Positions 1 through 12,830 of a stretch of 64,000 nt of DNA are shown here, piece after piece. The notes beneath the pieces are model-generated. The model was not told the DNA's origin and did not search any database. It was given only the letters and a program-made list of their open reading frames with translations. Numbering within the stretch: position 1 is the first letter of the stretch; every line of letters starts with the position of its first letter. The DNA lies in contig OX597832.1 of the NCBI GenBank assembly GCA_951406725.2, positions 66,464,001-66,528,000 on the forward strand. Reading direction: 5' to 3'. A program made the translations under genes and the position numbers. This DNA is from Octopus vulgaris (taxonomy: Eukaryota).

Positions 1-1873
1 TATATGACGGATACAACTCAATTTCGAGGAACCCTATCAATTGATGTTTTTTTTTTCTTTGAAATATAAGCAGCACAGATATCCTTTTTAAATTCTCTTC
101 CGAATCTACGCTGATTTTTGCTTATAATGCAATGAAGGTTTACCATCCACGTTGATACATGCCTTTATTCTACACTGGAATCTTCAATCGAATGTTTTCC
201 AAGGCTGCTGCTGGCCACAGTTGCCAACACAAAGAAGTTTAAAATCTCAAGCAATGCCACTTGAATGAGAAAAGCCTATTAGAATGAAAAAAAGACTTTG
301 CACTGAGACATTCCTACTCACTTAACAGCGTGTGCCTTTAACATGAGACAAAAATTAGCCTACATCACGAGAATTAAAATAAGTTGTAGGATCTGCACCA
401 GATTCTCTTCGAGAATTATGACTACGTATAAACATTTTTAGTCCCAGCTATTCCCTGGCAGCTAATTATTCTGTATTGATCTACCCCTTGACAGGTATGT
501 TTGTTGTCTTGCAATCTTCAATGGCAACCATATTCGTTTACAAGGAGATTGCCATTCCATGCAATGCGTTGTACTGGGTTACATAGTTCAGTAGCATTAA
601 TTGTGACATTATATATATGTGCATACAAACATACATATATAGAAAACCAAATACGTATACGCACACGCACGGAGGCACATGCACACACATACATACGTTT
701 ATACATACAGACGTCGCTCGCAATTTAATACAGCTTCCTAATAATTGTCATACATTTTCTGATCGAATTGGGTGCCTTTATACGTTGCAAGCAGACATAG
801 ACAGTTTTGCGAGCAACTCATCGTTGAGTCAGCAGATGTGGTACATGGAATATACAATGCCTGGAACCGCACTTGGTAAGTAGACGTTTTCAGTGGAATG
901 AAGTTGAGCAAAGAACGATTTAAGTATCCCTCGTTCTAGAGTTCGAACCCCATATTTTATGTTCGAAGGTGTAACAGCTTAAACAAATGACTACGTGCCT
1001 TATTACACAAACAAAAATACACATCAACATACAAATGCACGCGTATATGTATACTACCATGTTTTATAATCCTTTTATATAACTCGATATATTTTTAACG
1101 CACCCTTGCGGATGATATTGAATGCATTATTTTTTTTTATCATTCTTATAGTTATTGCTGATATTTCCGTTTCCTTTGTTAGGCCTTTAACGGTACTAGT
1201 AGTATTATGGCTATGGCACCGCATATAAAATCGAATAATCGAACTTCGATAGTATAATGATAACGGGACGCAAAAAAGGAAAGAGTTAAAGAGAGACCGT
1301 AAAACATAGATAGGGAAGAGGTTTCGATAAACGTGCGAGTGTTTGTATGTTTGTGTAAATGAAATGTGTGCAAGTATATGTTTATATTTCTGAGTGAGAG
1401 GAGAGGAAAGACATAGACATTTTGATCAGCATAACTCAGTGTGATTTTAACACGATTTGACAGTTCTCAGAAATGCATGATGAAGAGTGTCGAGTTATAG
1501 AAGAAAAGATTCGTTTAATGTGCATTCAACGAGAAGATGACCTTCCGTTGCGAACATTTGATGTTGGCAAAAACTATATCAGCACGAAGTTGGTTTATTT
1601 CAGGGAGAAGGTGAATAGGTGAATAAATGAGACTGATAAAGGTATTAAGAAGGAGATATCGGCATCATGAGGAACAGAAGAAACTAAAAGGGATAGGAAT
1701 AGCAAAACGAAAGAGGCAAAGAAAAGGATAAGAAGGTGCTGCAATGAATAAGATGGGTTATCGATCGATCTGGGTGTTACGAATCACTACATTTTGACCA
1801 GAATATATTATACAACTTTCCGTTTATGCTATGCAGTTGTGCACACACACAGATACACATAATAGGAATATAC

Positions 1874-1925
<52 letters not shown>

Positions 1926-1991
1926 ATACAAATGTATACATATGCATATGTACATACATGTATACAAGTATATCGTTATAAAGATATATGC

Positions 1992-2031
<40 letters not shown>

Positions 2032-2771
2032 ATATATTATATACACGCAAACATATACATACATGTATACAATGCTTACATATACACACACTCACATATA
2101 CACATACACATATACATATACACACACGTTTTCTTTCATAGTTAATCGGCAGAATTTTCTGAGTTACAAAGTGACTGAAGGGCTGATTTCTTGTTCACAT
2201 GCTTATAGGTTTACGTTTGTGAATGTATGTTGTTTCTATGCATATTCGTTCGAAGCCGATAATTCGCGTCGGCTTGTGTTAGCGTTAGTTGCCATAATCG
2301 AACGTTCATTTGGAAACAAATGAAATGTATTCGTCACGCTTCATAAGATACGATGCATTGAATGTAAAGGGCGGGAATCATCAGGTTTAAACGAATAAAA
2401 TCCAGCATAATAAAACTTAGCAGGACTTTCTTTTTCTCTGGCTTTCTGTCTTTCCTTCTCTCCCTATATATACGCAGTTCTGCATATAAACAGTTAAAAC
2501 AGATATTGTTATATTTCGGGATGTCACGTTTCTTGCCATATAAACTGCCTCAATATATATTCCTTCTTCCCACGTTTATCACTGCTCTTATTCTGACTCA
2601 TATCCATTGTCCGGAGATCTTTCGTCACACATCTGTCATTCCTTCATGACCATCCCGAAACATATATATAAGTATGTATGTATATAAATACACACACATA
2701 CACAAACACTCACACATATATAATTGATGAGGGAAACGGACGATATATGTACACACACACAGACGCACACA

Positions 2772-2816
<45 letters not shown>

Positions 2817-3214
2817 GTATATATATATATATATATTTTCAATACGGTGCAAATAATTCAAGAAGAAATAATTTGAGAAGATAGCATTGACTCTATTATT
2901 ATCTAGCATAACAATTTTGAAATAATAATAGCAAAATCAATAATATAGGCGTTTGCAGGCTCCAAGAACGGATTAGACAGGTGAAGAATTGAAATTAATC
3001 AAAGGCCATACTAAGCATTTCTATCTGCTGGAAATAACAGTCAAATCTCTTATTTAAATATCGCCAAAATATACTGTTAGTAACTACAGAAGTCAACCGT
3101 CAGAAAGTAAACGGTCCAAGATACATTCCAGTATTGGACCCCCGGGGACCGGTTTCTGGACTGGCCTCACATACCTCAGCAAGCGTTGCCCTGATAGAGA
3201 GACCCAACCCGTAT

Positions 3215-3460
3215 ACTAGGACCTAAAGTGTGATAATGACAGATTGTGGGGTCAGAGAAAAAGTGAGGTCGTACCAATCGTCTTTTTGACAGTAGAAACA
3301 ATGAAGAAGAATTTCAAGCAGTGGACGGAAAAGATTGGATTTGCAGAAGCATAAAGAATCCATGCAGCTAACCTGCTTGATAGTAACAGCGAAGATAAAA
3401 GATAATTCGAAAATACTTGGATGACTCAGGTCAAAGTTGATGACTTGTTATGGAAGGGTA
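3215..3460 (+). mobile_element. Decayed C-terminal fragment of an R4/Dong-like (restriction-like endonuclease) non-LTR retrotransposon
   Basis: Manual translation gives DRLWGQRKSEVVPIV...KKNFKQWTEKIG...MQLTCLIVTAK, which resembles the R4-clade C-terminus (LW..KKVEVVPIVIGALGT...LQKTCLLGTA.I). It contains stops and frameshifts. Confidence 0.55.
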
Positions 3461-3879
3461 AACTCTCTTAAATTCCCTTATAGGGATGAGAACAAAGAAC
3501 TTTGAAATATTAATTTAGAAAAACGATGATCTAGCTAAAGAACTGAAGAGAACTTGCCAGAATGGCACAACATCATAAATGCCACCTAAAAAACTGAAAG
3601 GCTTCAAAAGTGAAACGTGGTGTGCCGTCCTGCAAAAACAAAAAAAAAATCATGCTGTATTCTGCATGAATCGTAAGAAAGATTCTTGTGATCTGAGGAG
3701 AATTGTTGTCACCAAATCTGTAAATATAATACCTGCAAATTAAACAAGCTTCAGAAAAATAACCATCAAATTTAGTTAATTATATGTAATAATAAAACCT
3801 GGCCATCCTATTGAAAGATGAAGACCAAATACAGAGTTAGAGACAAAATGTACATGAAATTATGGAATTTAAATCTTCT

Positions 3880-4135
3880 CATCTTTGTAGAATGGATACG
3901 AAAGGAATGTGGAAATATTAAAAGATGACGAGTTTGCGGAAGTCAAAGGTAACAATTGCTCGTTTGTTAACTGGAATACTTGGCACGACACACACAGACC
4001 AATTCCAAAGGGACTGACGGAATGTTGAGCAAATGAAGAGTGTCATCCTGTATTCCTTAAAATCATGAAATATGTTCTTCAGATTTCAGAAGACTTGCCA
4101 ACAACGTAACCGAGAGATATCAACGATTCTAAATT
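3880..4135 (+). mobile_element. Second, more decayed R4/Dong-like LINE 3' fragment followed by an (AAT)n tract
   Basis: VTIARLLTGILGTT...PKGL...QMKSVILY...KIMKYVLQI resembles the same C-terminal block; the (AAT)n tract begins about 25 bp downstream. Confidence 0.4.
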
Positions 4136-4159
4136 AGATTAACAAGCAATATTTTTTAT

Positions 4160-4370
<211 letters not shown>

Positions 4371-4371
4371 A

Positions 4372-4500
4372 CCCTTTCTACTAAAGGCACACGGCCTTAA
4401 ATTTAGGGGGAAAGGTGAGAAAATTACATCGAACCCTATGCAAAACTTCTACTTTATTTACCGACCCAGAAATTATGAAAAGCAAAGACGGCCTCGGAGG
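4372..4500 (-). mobile_element. Truncated tRNA-derived SINE (octopus OK-like), 3' half
   Basis: The reverse complement aligns to the body and tail of the intact copy at 16761-16984 (ccgaggccgtctttgcttttcataatttctgggtcggtaaataaagt...). Confidence 0.6.
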
Positions 4501-4614
4501 ACGAGAAGCTGTGTACCCAGCGTACAAACTATTCTGTTTACAAGTATTAGTCGATGCCATTGCTATCTCTACTTGATACTTTATTTTATCCACTGAAAAG
4601 AAAGAAGAAGTAAT

Positions 4615-4864
4615 GCCTCCTTCTCGAGCCATGCCAGGCTCATAGGGGCCAGTTTCCCGCTTTCAGTGGCGTATAAATTCCCCCTTTGGACGGGACGCCG
4701 GTCCGTCGCAGGGTCACTCAGTTTTGCCAGCTGACTGGACTGGAGCAATGAAATGAAATGAAGTGTTCTGCTCAAGAACACAAACCATCTCCCGTCCAAG
4801 AATCGAAACCATGATCTTACGATCATGGGTCCAACACCCTAACCATTAAGCCACGCACCTCCAC
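4615..4864 (-). mobile_element. tRNA-derived SINE, near full length
   Basis: Minus-strand head GTGGAGGTGCGTGGCTTAATGGTTAGGGTGTTGG (A box) ... GGTTTCGATTC (B box), then a central CTTGAGCAGAACACTTCATTTC..TTGCTCCAGTCC domain and a LINE-like 3' tail. Confidence 0.8.
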
Positions 4865-5637
4865 CACTGCAAAAAGAGGAATGGCACATTCATCCTTCCA
4901 GTATTGCTGTATCAACCAAATACTGAAGTAAATTCTATTGAATGACTCTCCCACCCCGCAAAATTGCTGGCTTCATGTCTAAATAGAAAAAATAACAACT
5001 AGAAAGAGAATAATAATATATGTAACAAAAACAACAATAATTATAACGATAACAACAACTGTAATAACAGACCGCTCTTTCTCAAATACATTGAAAATAA
5101 GAAAAGAATACTGTTCTCATATGAAAATTGATTAAGAGCAAACCATGTTCTTTCCTCCCCGTTTTAAGCCTGTTTTGTGTCAGTGTCAGCAAATAACGAG
5201 GTTTTATAATTAAATTGGCATCGATTTAGATATTCATGTGATACTGTAGCTTTTAGTGTTGTTTTCCTGACATGTTTTATATAGTTTCCAGTCATAAACT
5301 TTTCTACACGATAGTTATGTTTGCAAATAAGCTATTTAAATTTTTTTTGTTTAAATTTGCTAATGTTAACCAAACAAATTTTCATTTTTCAACATAAGTA
5401 ATTAACATATCTTGACAACGAACGAACGTGTGAGAATGTGTGAACGTTGATGCTTCATCTGATATTTTACAAGTAACAACCAAATTCTTTCTGTAATAAA
5501 AGCATAACAGCCCCTCTGCAGGAAGAGCCGAAAATAAACTAGAATATAAACCCTGATTAAATAAATAAAACACAAAATTGCCATTCAAGCAATGCATTGC
5601 ATGGACTATTTGTAGCTAGAACTAATTCTTGATAATG

Positions 5638-5834
5638 ACTCTTTCAAAGGTTGGCACAACGAACTTTAGGGGAGGAGAATGTCGATTACAACAAACCCAA
5701 TGTTGAATTGCAAGTTATTTTATCAACCGCGACGAAGTAACTGCAAATTGGACACCGGTGGAATTCTAACTCAGAATATAACCATCCGAAAGAAATGTCG
5801 CTAAACATATATTCCGTTATGCAAAAAATTCAGC
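5638..5834 (-). mobile_element. Degenerate OK-like SINE
   Basis: Reverse complement aligns by eye to 16761-16984 (ttctgagttagaattccaccggtgtcc..., gttgataaaataact, gtaatcgac). Confidence 0.6.
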
Positions 5835-5883
5835 ATTCATAATGTTATGCAATACGTCACATACATGAGAGACAGACAGAGGC

Positions 5884-5922
<39 letters not shown>

Positions 5923-6645
5923 GAGGGAGACAGAGAGAGACTGACAGAAAATTCGATAGATAAAAGTGCCTTCTTATACACAAACTAAAAATATATCTGT
6001 ATTTGTATATTTATATCACTTCTTCTCCCTCCGCTCTCTCTCTCCTTCTACACACACTCATATATAGACACACATACATACACACACGCACATATCTACC
6101 TATTAGCGCACCGTCCCAAAGAAGTGCTATCTATTGCCAATGTAGGAATGTACATTATCAATTTGGTGATATAACGTATTACATGAACTTGTCGTGATTG
6201 GCAAAAAATAATATCTCGGACTGAAGCTTCTCCAGATTCATCACAAAATGAGAGCAGTAAAACTCTCCTACTCTGTGTTACGGAACGTTAAACTCATATC
6301 CATTTTTCGGCTGCTAACGTAGTTCTTTAAGCACGGCATATATTTCCCCTATTGGCTTCAAAATATGGTTATTAAATAAACAAACAAAATTATGTTTACA
6401 CATAACATCTTATACAGGCTTAGTCACTGCCTCAGTTAATCAATAAATATTGTTATATTAGCATCATTCTACACATACCTATACCTAGAATGAGAAGCTT
6501 TATATTCTTCAAGAACTTAGTGATTACAACTATCTTACAACACCCAGTGTTGAGCAATGCAATAGCCTTAAAGGTTTTACGAATTACGATTATGTATATG
6601 AATTGTGTGTATATATAATTAAATGATTATATATATATATACATG

Positions 6646-6710
<65 letters not shown>

Positions 6711-6712
<2 letters not shown>

Positions 6713-7012
6713 GTGAGAATTCACGAAAAAAACAAAAGACGAAGACAGGTGGGGTAGAAAACAAAGATATGTATTAATATAAAGCTCGGGAATTGAAAAA
6801 GTATTTTACGTTTCGAGCCTACGCTCTCTCCCAGAAAGGAACACAGAAAGAGACAAGGAGAGAAAAAAATGCGTGTAGTGGCTACCGATCTATCGTGGTA
6901 ACTGCCGGACTGAAAGGTCACACAGGAGAGTGAAGAAGTAGGGGAGATAACAAAGGTAAGGTGTTCCCAAAATGAAGGTGCGCGTGTGTGTAAGAGAGTA
7001 CGTGTGTGCGTG

Positions 7013-7015
<3 letters not shown>
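6711..7015 (-). mobile_element. pLTR-like repeat between two (TA)n tracts, with a degenerate minimal hammerhead (6804-6838)
   Basis: Minus strand reads ttt-CTGGGAGA-gagc gtag gctc-GAAAC-GTA-aaa. Stem II is a perfect 4-bp hairpin and stem III is the ACGT palindrome, but the CUGANGA box is corrupted. Confidence 0.45.
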
Positions 7016-7074
<59 letters not shown>

Positions 7075-7075
<1 letters not shown>

Positions 7076-7383
7076 ATAAATATTAGGGAATAAATCCAAA
7101 CTTACAGGGAAAATCAGATTTAGGATTGAATTCAGTTTTATAGTAAAATGTTATATTATATTAAATTAGAGACAAAACCACCATTAGGCAAATCATACAA
7201 TGAAAAACGTAAGCCAATACATAAGATTATTTAATTTAAATTATTTAAATATATAACAAAATTATTAAAAAAATATAATTAATATAACACTACCATCGTT
7301 TCATGGCTGTTAATGTCTTAAAATTTTCGAGTTACAGTCATTCATCAGGTGGTTTAAATATTTATCTTGGCGAGGTTTAAACA
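7075..7383 (-). mobile_element. Non-autonomous HHR-bearing repeat (PLE pseudo-LTR-like), same family as 18240-18720
   Basis: The reverse complement of 7150-7230 (gtattggcttacgtttttcattgtatgatttgcctaatggtggttttgtctctaatttaatataa) matches 18654-18718. It is flanked by (TA)n on both sides. Confidence 0.75.
7286..7354 (-). ncRNA. Type I hammerhead ribozyme, canonical core
   Basis: cac-CUGAUGA-augacugu..acagccau-GAAAC-gaug-GUA-gug. Stem I is cac/gug and stem II pairs at 7 of 8 positions. Predicted cleavage falls between 7291 and 7290. Confidence 0.8.
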
Positions 7384-7415
7384 ATATATATATATATATA
7401 TGTGTGTGTGTGCGC

Positions 7416-7450
<35 letters not shown>

Positions 7451-7599
7451 TGATATAATGTTCAGGTTATTTTTACAGGTATTCTATAGGAATTTTAGCC
7501 AGCACCGATTCGAGATATCAGATGAAAATAAACAATAAGGTCGAAGACAAAAATGAGTAATGAGTTTCTATGCCATATTTCGTTTGGTTTCGCCCTTTC

Positions 7600-8582
7600 A
7601 TCAACATATTCACCCATTTTAACTTGTTCTCGCCTTCGAACACATTACTTATATAGCCAACGCATAGAACGGTACTAATTTCGCGCATGTGTATTGCTTG
7701 GTATTGATTTTTGTTAGTTCCCAATATAGTAGGATCAGTTGAACACATTTTGTGAGGAAAACAGCACCATGACAATATTCATTCCGCTAAAAATTTGAGA
7801 ACGACATGCTGTATTGGTTGGCACTCGCACTGAACAGATGCTGAGCACACATGACAACCGTTGGCTTGCTGTGTCCCTAAATAATGTACCGAGAGCGATA
7901 AAAATCAAACATTCATTCAACATCTAGGTATTTCGAATGATCAGTATTGATGACGAAGTTATGCTTCTATTCATCTTCCCACACGGCCTCACACTCCACA
8001 CGGATGCCTACATCAAGTGCCTGGAGGAGATAGTGCTGCTTAAGGTAAAAAGAGTGGCTGCTGGAAAACCTTATCCCTGGCAACACGTACCTGCATCATG
8101 ACAAACATGGTGGCATGGTGCAGAATCCTTTTGTCAGACATAAAGTTTTCCTGTAGCCCTGCTCTTGACCCAGGTCAGATAAACACCAGTTATGGCTGTC
8201 AGACAATTTCTGAGACCAGATAGCCTCTAACATCTGGCCACCTAACTCCTTAGACTTAACCACGCTTGATTATTGTGTGTGTGTGGGGGGGGGAGTTGAG
8301 CGATAGACCAACAAATCTCCTTGGAACAGTAAAGGTGAACTGAAGGCAAAGATTATGACAGCATTCAACAACGTAAACAAGGAGATCTTCCAGAAGTGTT
8401 GCAGAAGATTCTGAAGTCGTCTGGAGGCCGCGCCTGACTCTATTGGCGATTTTATTGAATAAATTTACTCTTCAGTATTTCAAGATATATGTAATTTTGC
8501 TAAATATATTTTTTAAAATGAAAAAGCCATTGTCATTTTCATTTTTGCGTAATTTAGACGACAATATATTCACCGTACCTTG
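7600..8582 (+). mobile_element. Internally deleted, decayed Tc1/mariner-superfamily DD37D (maT) DNA transposon
   Basis: Translation: FIFPHGLTLHTDAYIKCLEEIVL..KRVAAGKPYPWQ...QLWLSDNF*DQIASNIWPPNSLDLTTLDY...KGELKAKIMTAF...SRLEA..DSIGDFIE*. A right TIR-like end (ACAATATATTCACCGTACCTTG) is followed by TA. The left boundary is uncertain. Confidence 0.8.
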
Positions 8583-8617
8583 TATATATGCGTATATGTA
8601 TACACACACACACACAT

Positions 8618-9022
8618 AATTGCCAAATAGATATGGCGGTTCCACAGGAGACGATGCTACCGCTGTTTTTAACTTCAGGAGAACATTTCTCCCAGTTGGC
8701 TAACGAGAGAGGGTCTGTGTCCAATTTGTATTTGCGAGGAGAAATCATCATTACGTGATACACACAGATCCGGATTTCTGGATAGTAACACGTCATCAGT
8801 GTGTGATAATCACAAGGTAGTGATGAAAACGCATAATACTATATGCTGTTTGTCTAGTGACAAATAGTTGCCGATCTCGAAAAAGGAGAAAGAAGTGATA
8901 CTAAATCTCTGAGCGAGAAGTAAACAGTTGCAGTACGGACACGTAAAATATACTTGCCAAGTAGATGTTGCCGTCGCATAGAGGGCGATGCTACTGCTGC
9001 TTTTAGCCTTGGAAATACATCT
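8618..9022 (-). mobile_element. Terminally redundant non-coding HHR element (retrozyme-like), copy 1
   Basis: An imperfect direct repeat of about 70 bp starts at 8620 and at 8954 (period 334). It has an internal HHR and is homologous over its whole length to 50171-50590. Confidence 0.8.
8761..8805 (-). ncRNA. Type I hammerhead ribozyme with palindromic stem III
   Basis: cacaca-CUGAUGA-cguguuacuaucca-GAA-AUCCGGAU-C-ugugug. The core is intact, stem I is 6 bp, the triplet is AUC, and stem II is weak. Confidence 0.75.
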
Positions 9023-9079
9023 TTCTTTTTTTACAAAAGCCTATTACTTCATGTTCAGTGTAAGACGTCCAATTATTAG

Positions 9080-9275
9080 AATCGTTAGCACACCGGTCAA
9101 AATGCTGAAGAACATTTCTTCCGGCTCTTGACGCACAAAGTTCAAATACCAACGAACGAAGTTGGTATTTGATTACAGTATCAATAAAATATCTACCTGT
9201 TGTGTATTAGGTTTGCAGTAACTGAGAGAGCAACTCTCCTAATATTGCCGGGTTTGTTCCAAATATGAAACCATT
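9080..9275 (+). mobile_element. Degenerate OK-like SINE
   Basis: gaatcgttagcacaccggtcaaaatgc...agttcaaatacc matches the head of 16761-16984. Confidence 0.55.
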
Positions 9276-11461
9276 TAATGCTCAATGTAGAGCATAATAT
9301 GACCCCTCAAATCTAGTTAATACTATCATAATCTCTTTTTCTATGAGGAAAACTTTCCTCTACATGTAAAGTATGAATAATTAATTCATGTTAAATCTAG
9401 TACTCTATGCTTTCTTATCTTTATCATATGAAAATTAATGTTTCGATATTTTATACTCTATTACATACATCTTTAAGTGATATCATTCATTGAAACTGGT
9501 TGGATGGGCTGGGTAAATAGAAAACAAATATCCACTGGACACTAGACATGTGCCATCACATACTCAGACCTATATACTATCAACCTAAGGCCATCTGAAG
9601 CAACAAACCATGACGTGTTGGCAATTGGAATCGTTCCAATTTTCCCTATCATGAATAGACCACAACCATTATAAGTCACCTGTCAGTCACGATTTCTTTA
9701 TGAAATGGCTGGAGGTGGGGCATGGCAGCTGCTATAGAATAATCTACTGTAGAATATGTCATGGGACTTCACAACGCAATAATATCACCAGTTTTAATGA
9801 AGCACCCGAATGAAAATCGGTCAAGCATCTTGATGGAATATGTATCTGTTCCTTACAAAATTTTGTGTATTCTTTCTATGCAACATAAGTTTAGACTTTG
9901 ATTCGAAAAAACTCTTGACTGACATGAAATATTTACATCTATATTATAAATATATATATATATATATATATATCTACACACACAAACACACACGCATACA
10001 CACACACAAACGCAGGCACGCGTACACATGCAAACATATATACGTAAAATCTCTCAGATATATACACACTATATGTATGTGCATGTGAGAGAGGGAAAGC
10101 GAGAGATTGATAGGGTTGAGTTAAAGAAACAGAGAGACAGAGAGGGGAAATAATGAAAGAGAGAGTGATAACCTACAAGTGCGTTGCTGTCTATAAATAT
10201 AGCAAAGAATAAATCAACTTGGTTATACAGGTAGAGATTACCGAGAGTGAATTAATCTTACCTTTCACTACTTAGCTTCCATTTATAGCTTCCAATGGTT
10301 TAGTGATATATTTACGATCAAAATGAATAACTGACGGTCAGTTTCATGACTTAATGTTCAGAAATTCCGTGCCTCTTGCAGTTCAATTATCTTACTTTCG
10401 ATCAAGCAGCTATAGAGTTTAATATCTGCAACGTATATTATATCTGATTATTGTCTTATCCATTCCCTTGGAGCCAGATATCATCTTGTCAAGAACTGTA
10501 CATATTTATTTCCTATGCAACGTCATTCTTGTTTGAAAGGCAAGAAATTAGCCACTTGAATAAGCACTCATGCAAGTTGGATTTAGAATCATGAAACGAA
10601 TTCATTGTAAGCTACTTTTGATACAATCTGTAAACTTGTATTTTTTCCTCCTTGTAATCCGCAAGCACTTATCCGTGGATATTAAACACGAGTAACAGAA
10701 ACGTGTGCAGTGTTTAACAAAAGCCATCTTTAGTTTATACTTCAGAAATGATCAAGTCGACAGTCAAGTGGATTCTTTTCATTCTCTCCTAGTTGAAACG
10801 ACTTCAATATCCTGTCTAAGTAAAGTGTACAGCTGCACGCGGTGAAGGACACACGGATTGAAATAAATTGCGTTCTGGATAGGAAATCCAGGTTTGTGAA
10901 ATGCTATTGTAGCTGTAGAGATGTTATGGTAATTGCAAAGCGATTGGATTTAAGAGCATTAAAGTGAGAGTTCCTAATAAAAGCAGTGGCATCTGAAGAC
11001 ATTTATTAATGGAATTTAGTAAAAGTGCACAAGGTAAATTTACTCTTTGCATTTAATTAAATATTGACTTCCCCTTTGATCTGCTGCAATCTCTCGAATA
11101 TATTATGACAGAAACAATTGCAGTTATCTCCCTTGCTTCCGTGGACAAAGACTATTGCAGGTAATCCCTAATATATTTCATAATCCCCGCTTATGATGTA
11201 CGCATTTCTTTAACTCATATCATGGTTTTTGAACAATGGCATTTTTTTATGAGTTTACAGTAAGCCAATCCAAGGTTCTAAGTCACTGGCAGCGAGATTT
11301 ACACCGTTCAAAGGAATTCGTTCGAAGAATACCGATGATTATATCGTTGGCCGATGTATATCGGTGAAGAATAGAAAGCTATGTACATAAATGCACGCAC
11401 ACCTTACACTCTCTCTCATACAGGGTAATAATATGCTTATCGGTCTCTGTTTATACATCAT

Positions 11462-11508
<47 letters not shown>

Positions 11509-12699
11509 CAGACACTAACATATATATGCATGTATATGAGCATGTTTCTGCTTATATACAGTTTATCAAGTTAGGATACATATTTAATTTTAAAGTAGTG
11601 TAGAAGACGCTTAACTGACTTATCGCCTATTGTGTGTTTTTTTGTCTCTAATATCGCAATTATTGGAAGTAATATAACCCACATTCTTTATTTCATTTAT
11701 CATTATACGGTAGATTCAAGTCATCGTTCAGAGTGAATTACAGTCACATCCTGAATATATAATAAAACAAAATCAAGCAAGGTCTAGAATCAGAAAAGTG
11801 GATCCCGGTGATTGCTTCACTACAGTCCTGTTTTTAACAGTTTTTAACATATGAAATGTGACGTTTGAAACTGGTTATTGTTCTTATATCTACTTCAAGA
11901 GTAACAAGTGTTAGATGACTTAAGGCAATGGCAAATTCCAAGGTCTGATATTATATCATTGAAGATGAAAGGACATTAAGTTGGTCATTAAACTAATCTT
12001 GCTGCATTGGCTCAGTGCTCTAACTTGTGTCACACCTCCAAACCTGTTACTAATCTAATCTTATATAGGCTGTGGCGGGAAAGAGCCATCCATATTTACT
12101 ACAAATATCAGTGACTGATCATGTGATTAATAACTGAAGACTAATACAAGTAATTTGCTATTGCCTACAACAGAAAATTTAACTCTACTATACGGAAGGC
12201 AATAAGTTGTATAGTGTTCTAGATAATCTAGGACACCTCCACAATTAAGTTAAGCTTAATCAAAAAGACAAAAAAATTAATGTTTACCTACTAGGCAATA
12301 AATATACATCTATACGTAAGTATTTGTAATTTCCGTTAAATCAATTTGTTTCTATTATAAATTTAATACACTTACGAGAAAATGAATACTGTTACGATTT
12401 ACATTTTTTTATATGTTGAAAATATACGTAAATATATTCTAGGAACATTTGAGTTATAACACGTTGGGCTTTACATTTAGATTATGAAATGCAATGAATT
12501 CAAATTAAAATCACAAAGAAATAGAAAGTAGAGATAGCAGAGGCGGTGATTTTAATTTCTGTCAGATCTAATATTGGCTTCATTGCTCTTTCTTCGGAAA
12601 GTTAGTTTCTTCACTCGTCACAGAAATGAAATTATGAAACACTGCTATATAGGGCTTTATAACTATTTTTGCAGACGTGAACTTTCTTTTGAGGTCAAT

Positions 12700-12830
12700 T
12701 ATACGTACGTACGTACGTATGTATGTATGTATGTATGTATGTATGTATGTATGTATGTATGTATGTATGTATGCATGCATGCATGTATTTATGTATTTAT
12801 ACATGTATGTATGCAAGTAAGTATTATATA
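12700..12830. repeat. (TACG)n/(TATG)n microsatellite
   Basis: Directly visible. Confidence 0.95.

Noticed and set aside
3146-3180. GAAACCGGTC on the minus strand, resembling an HHR stem III
   Set aside because: There is no CUGANGA-like box or paired stem II at the right spacing.
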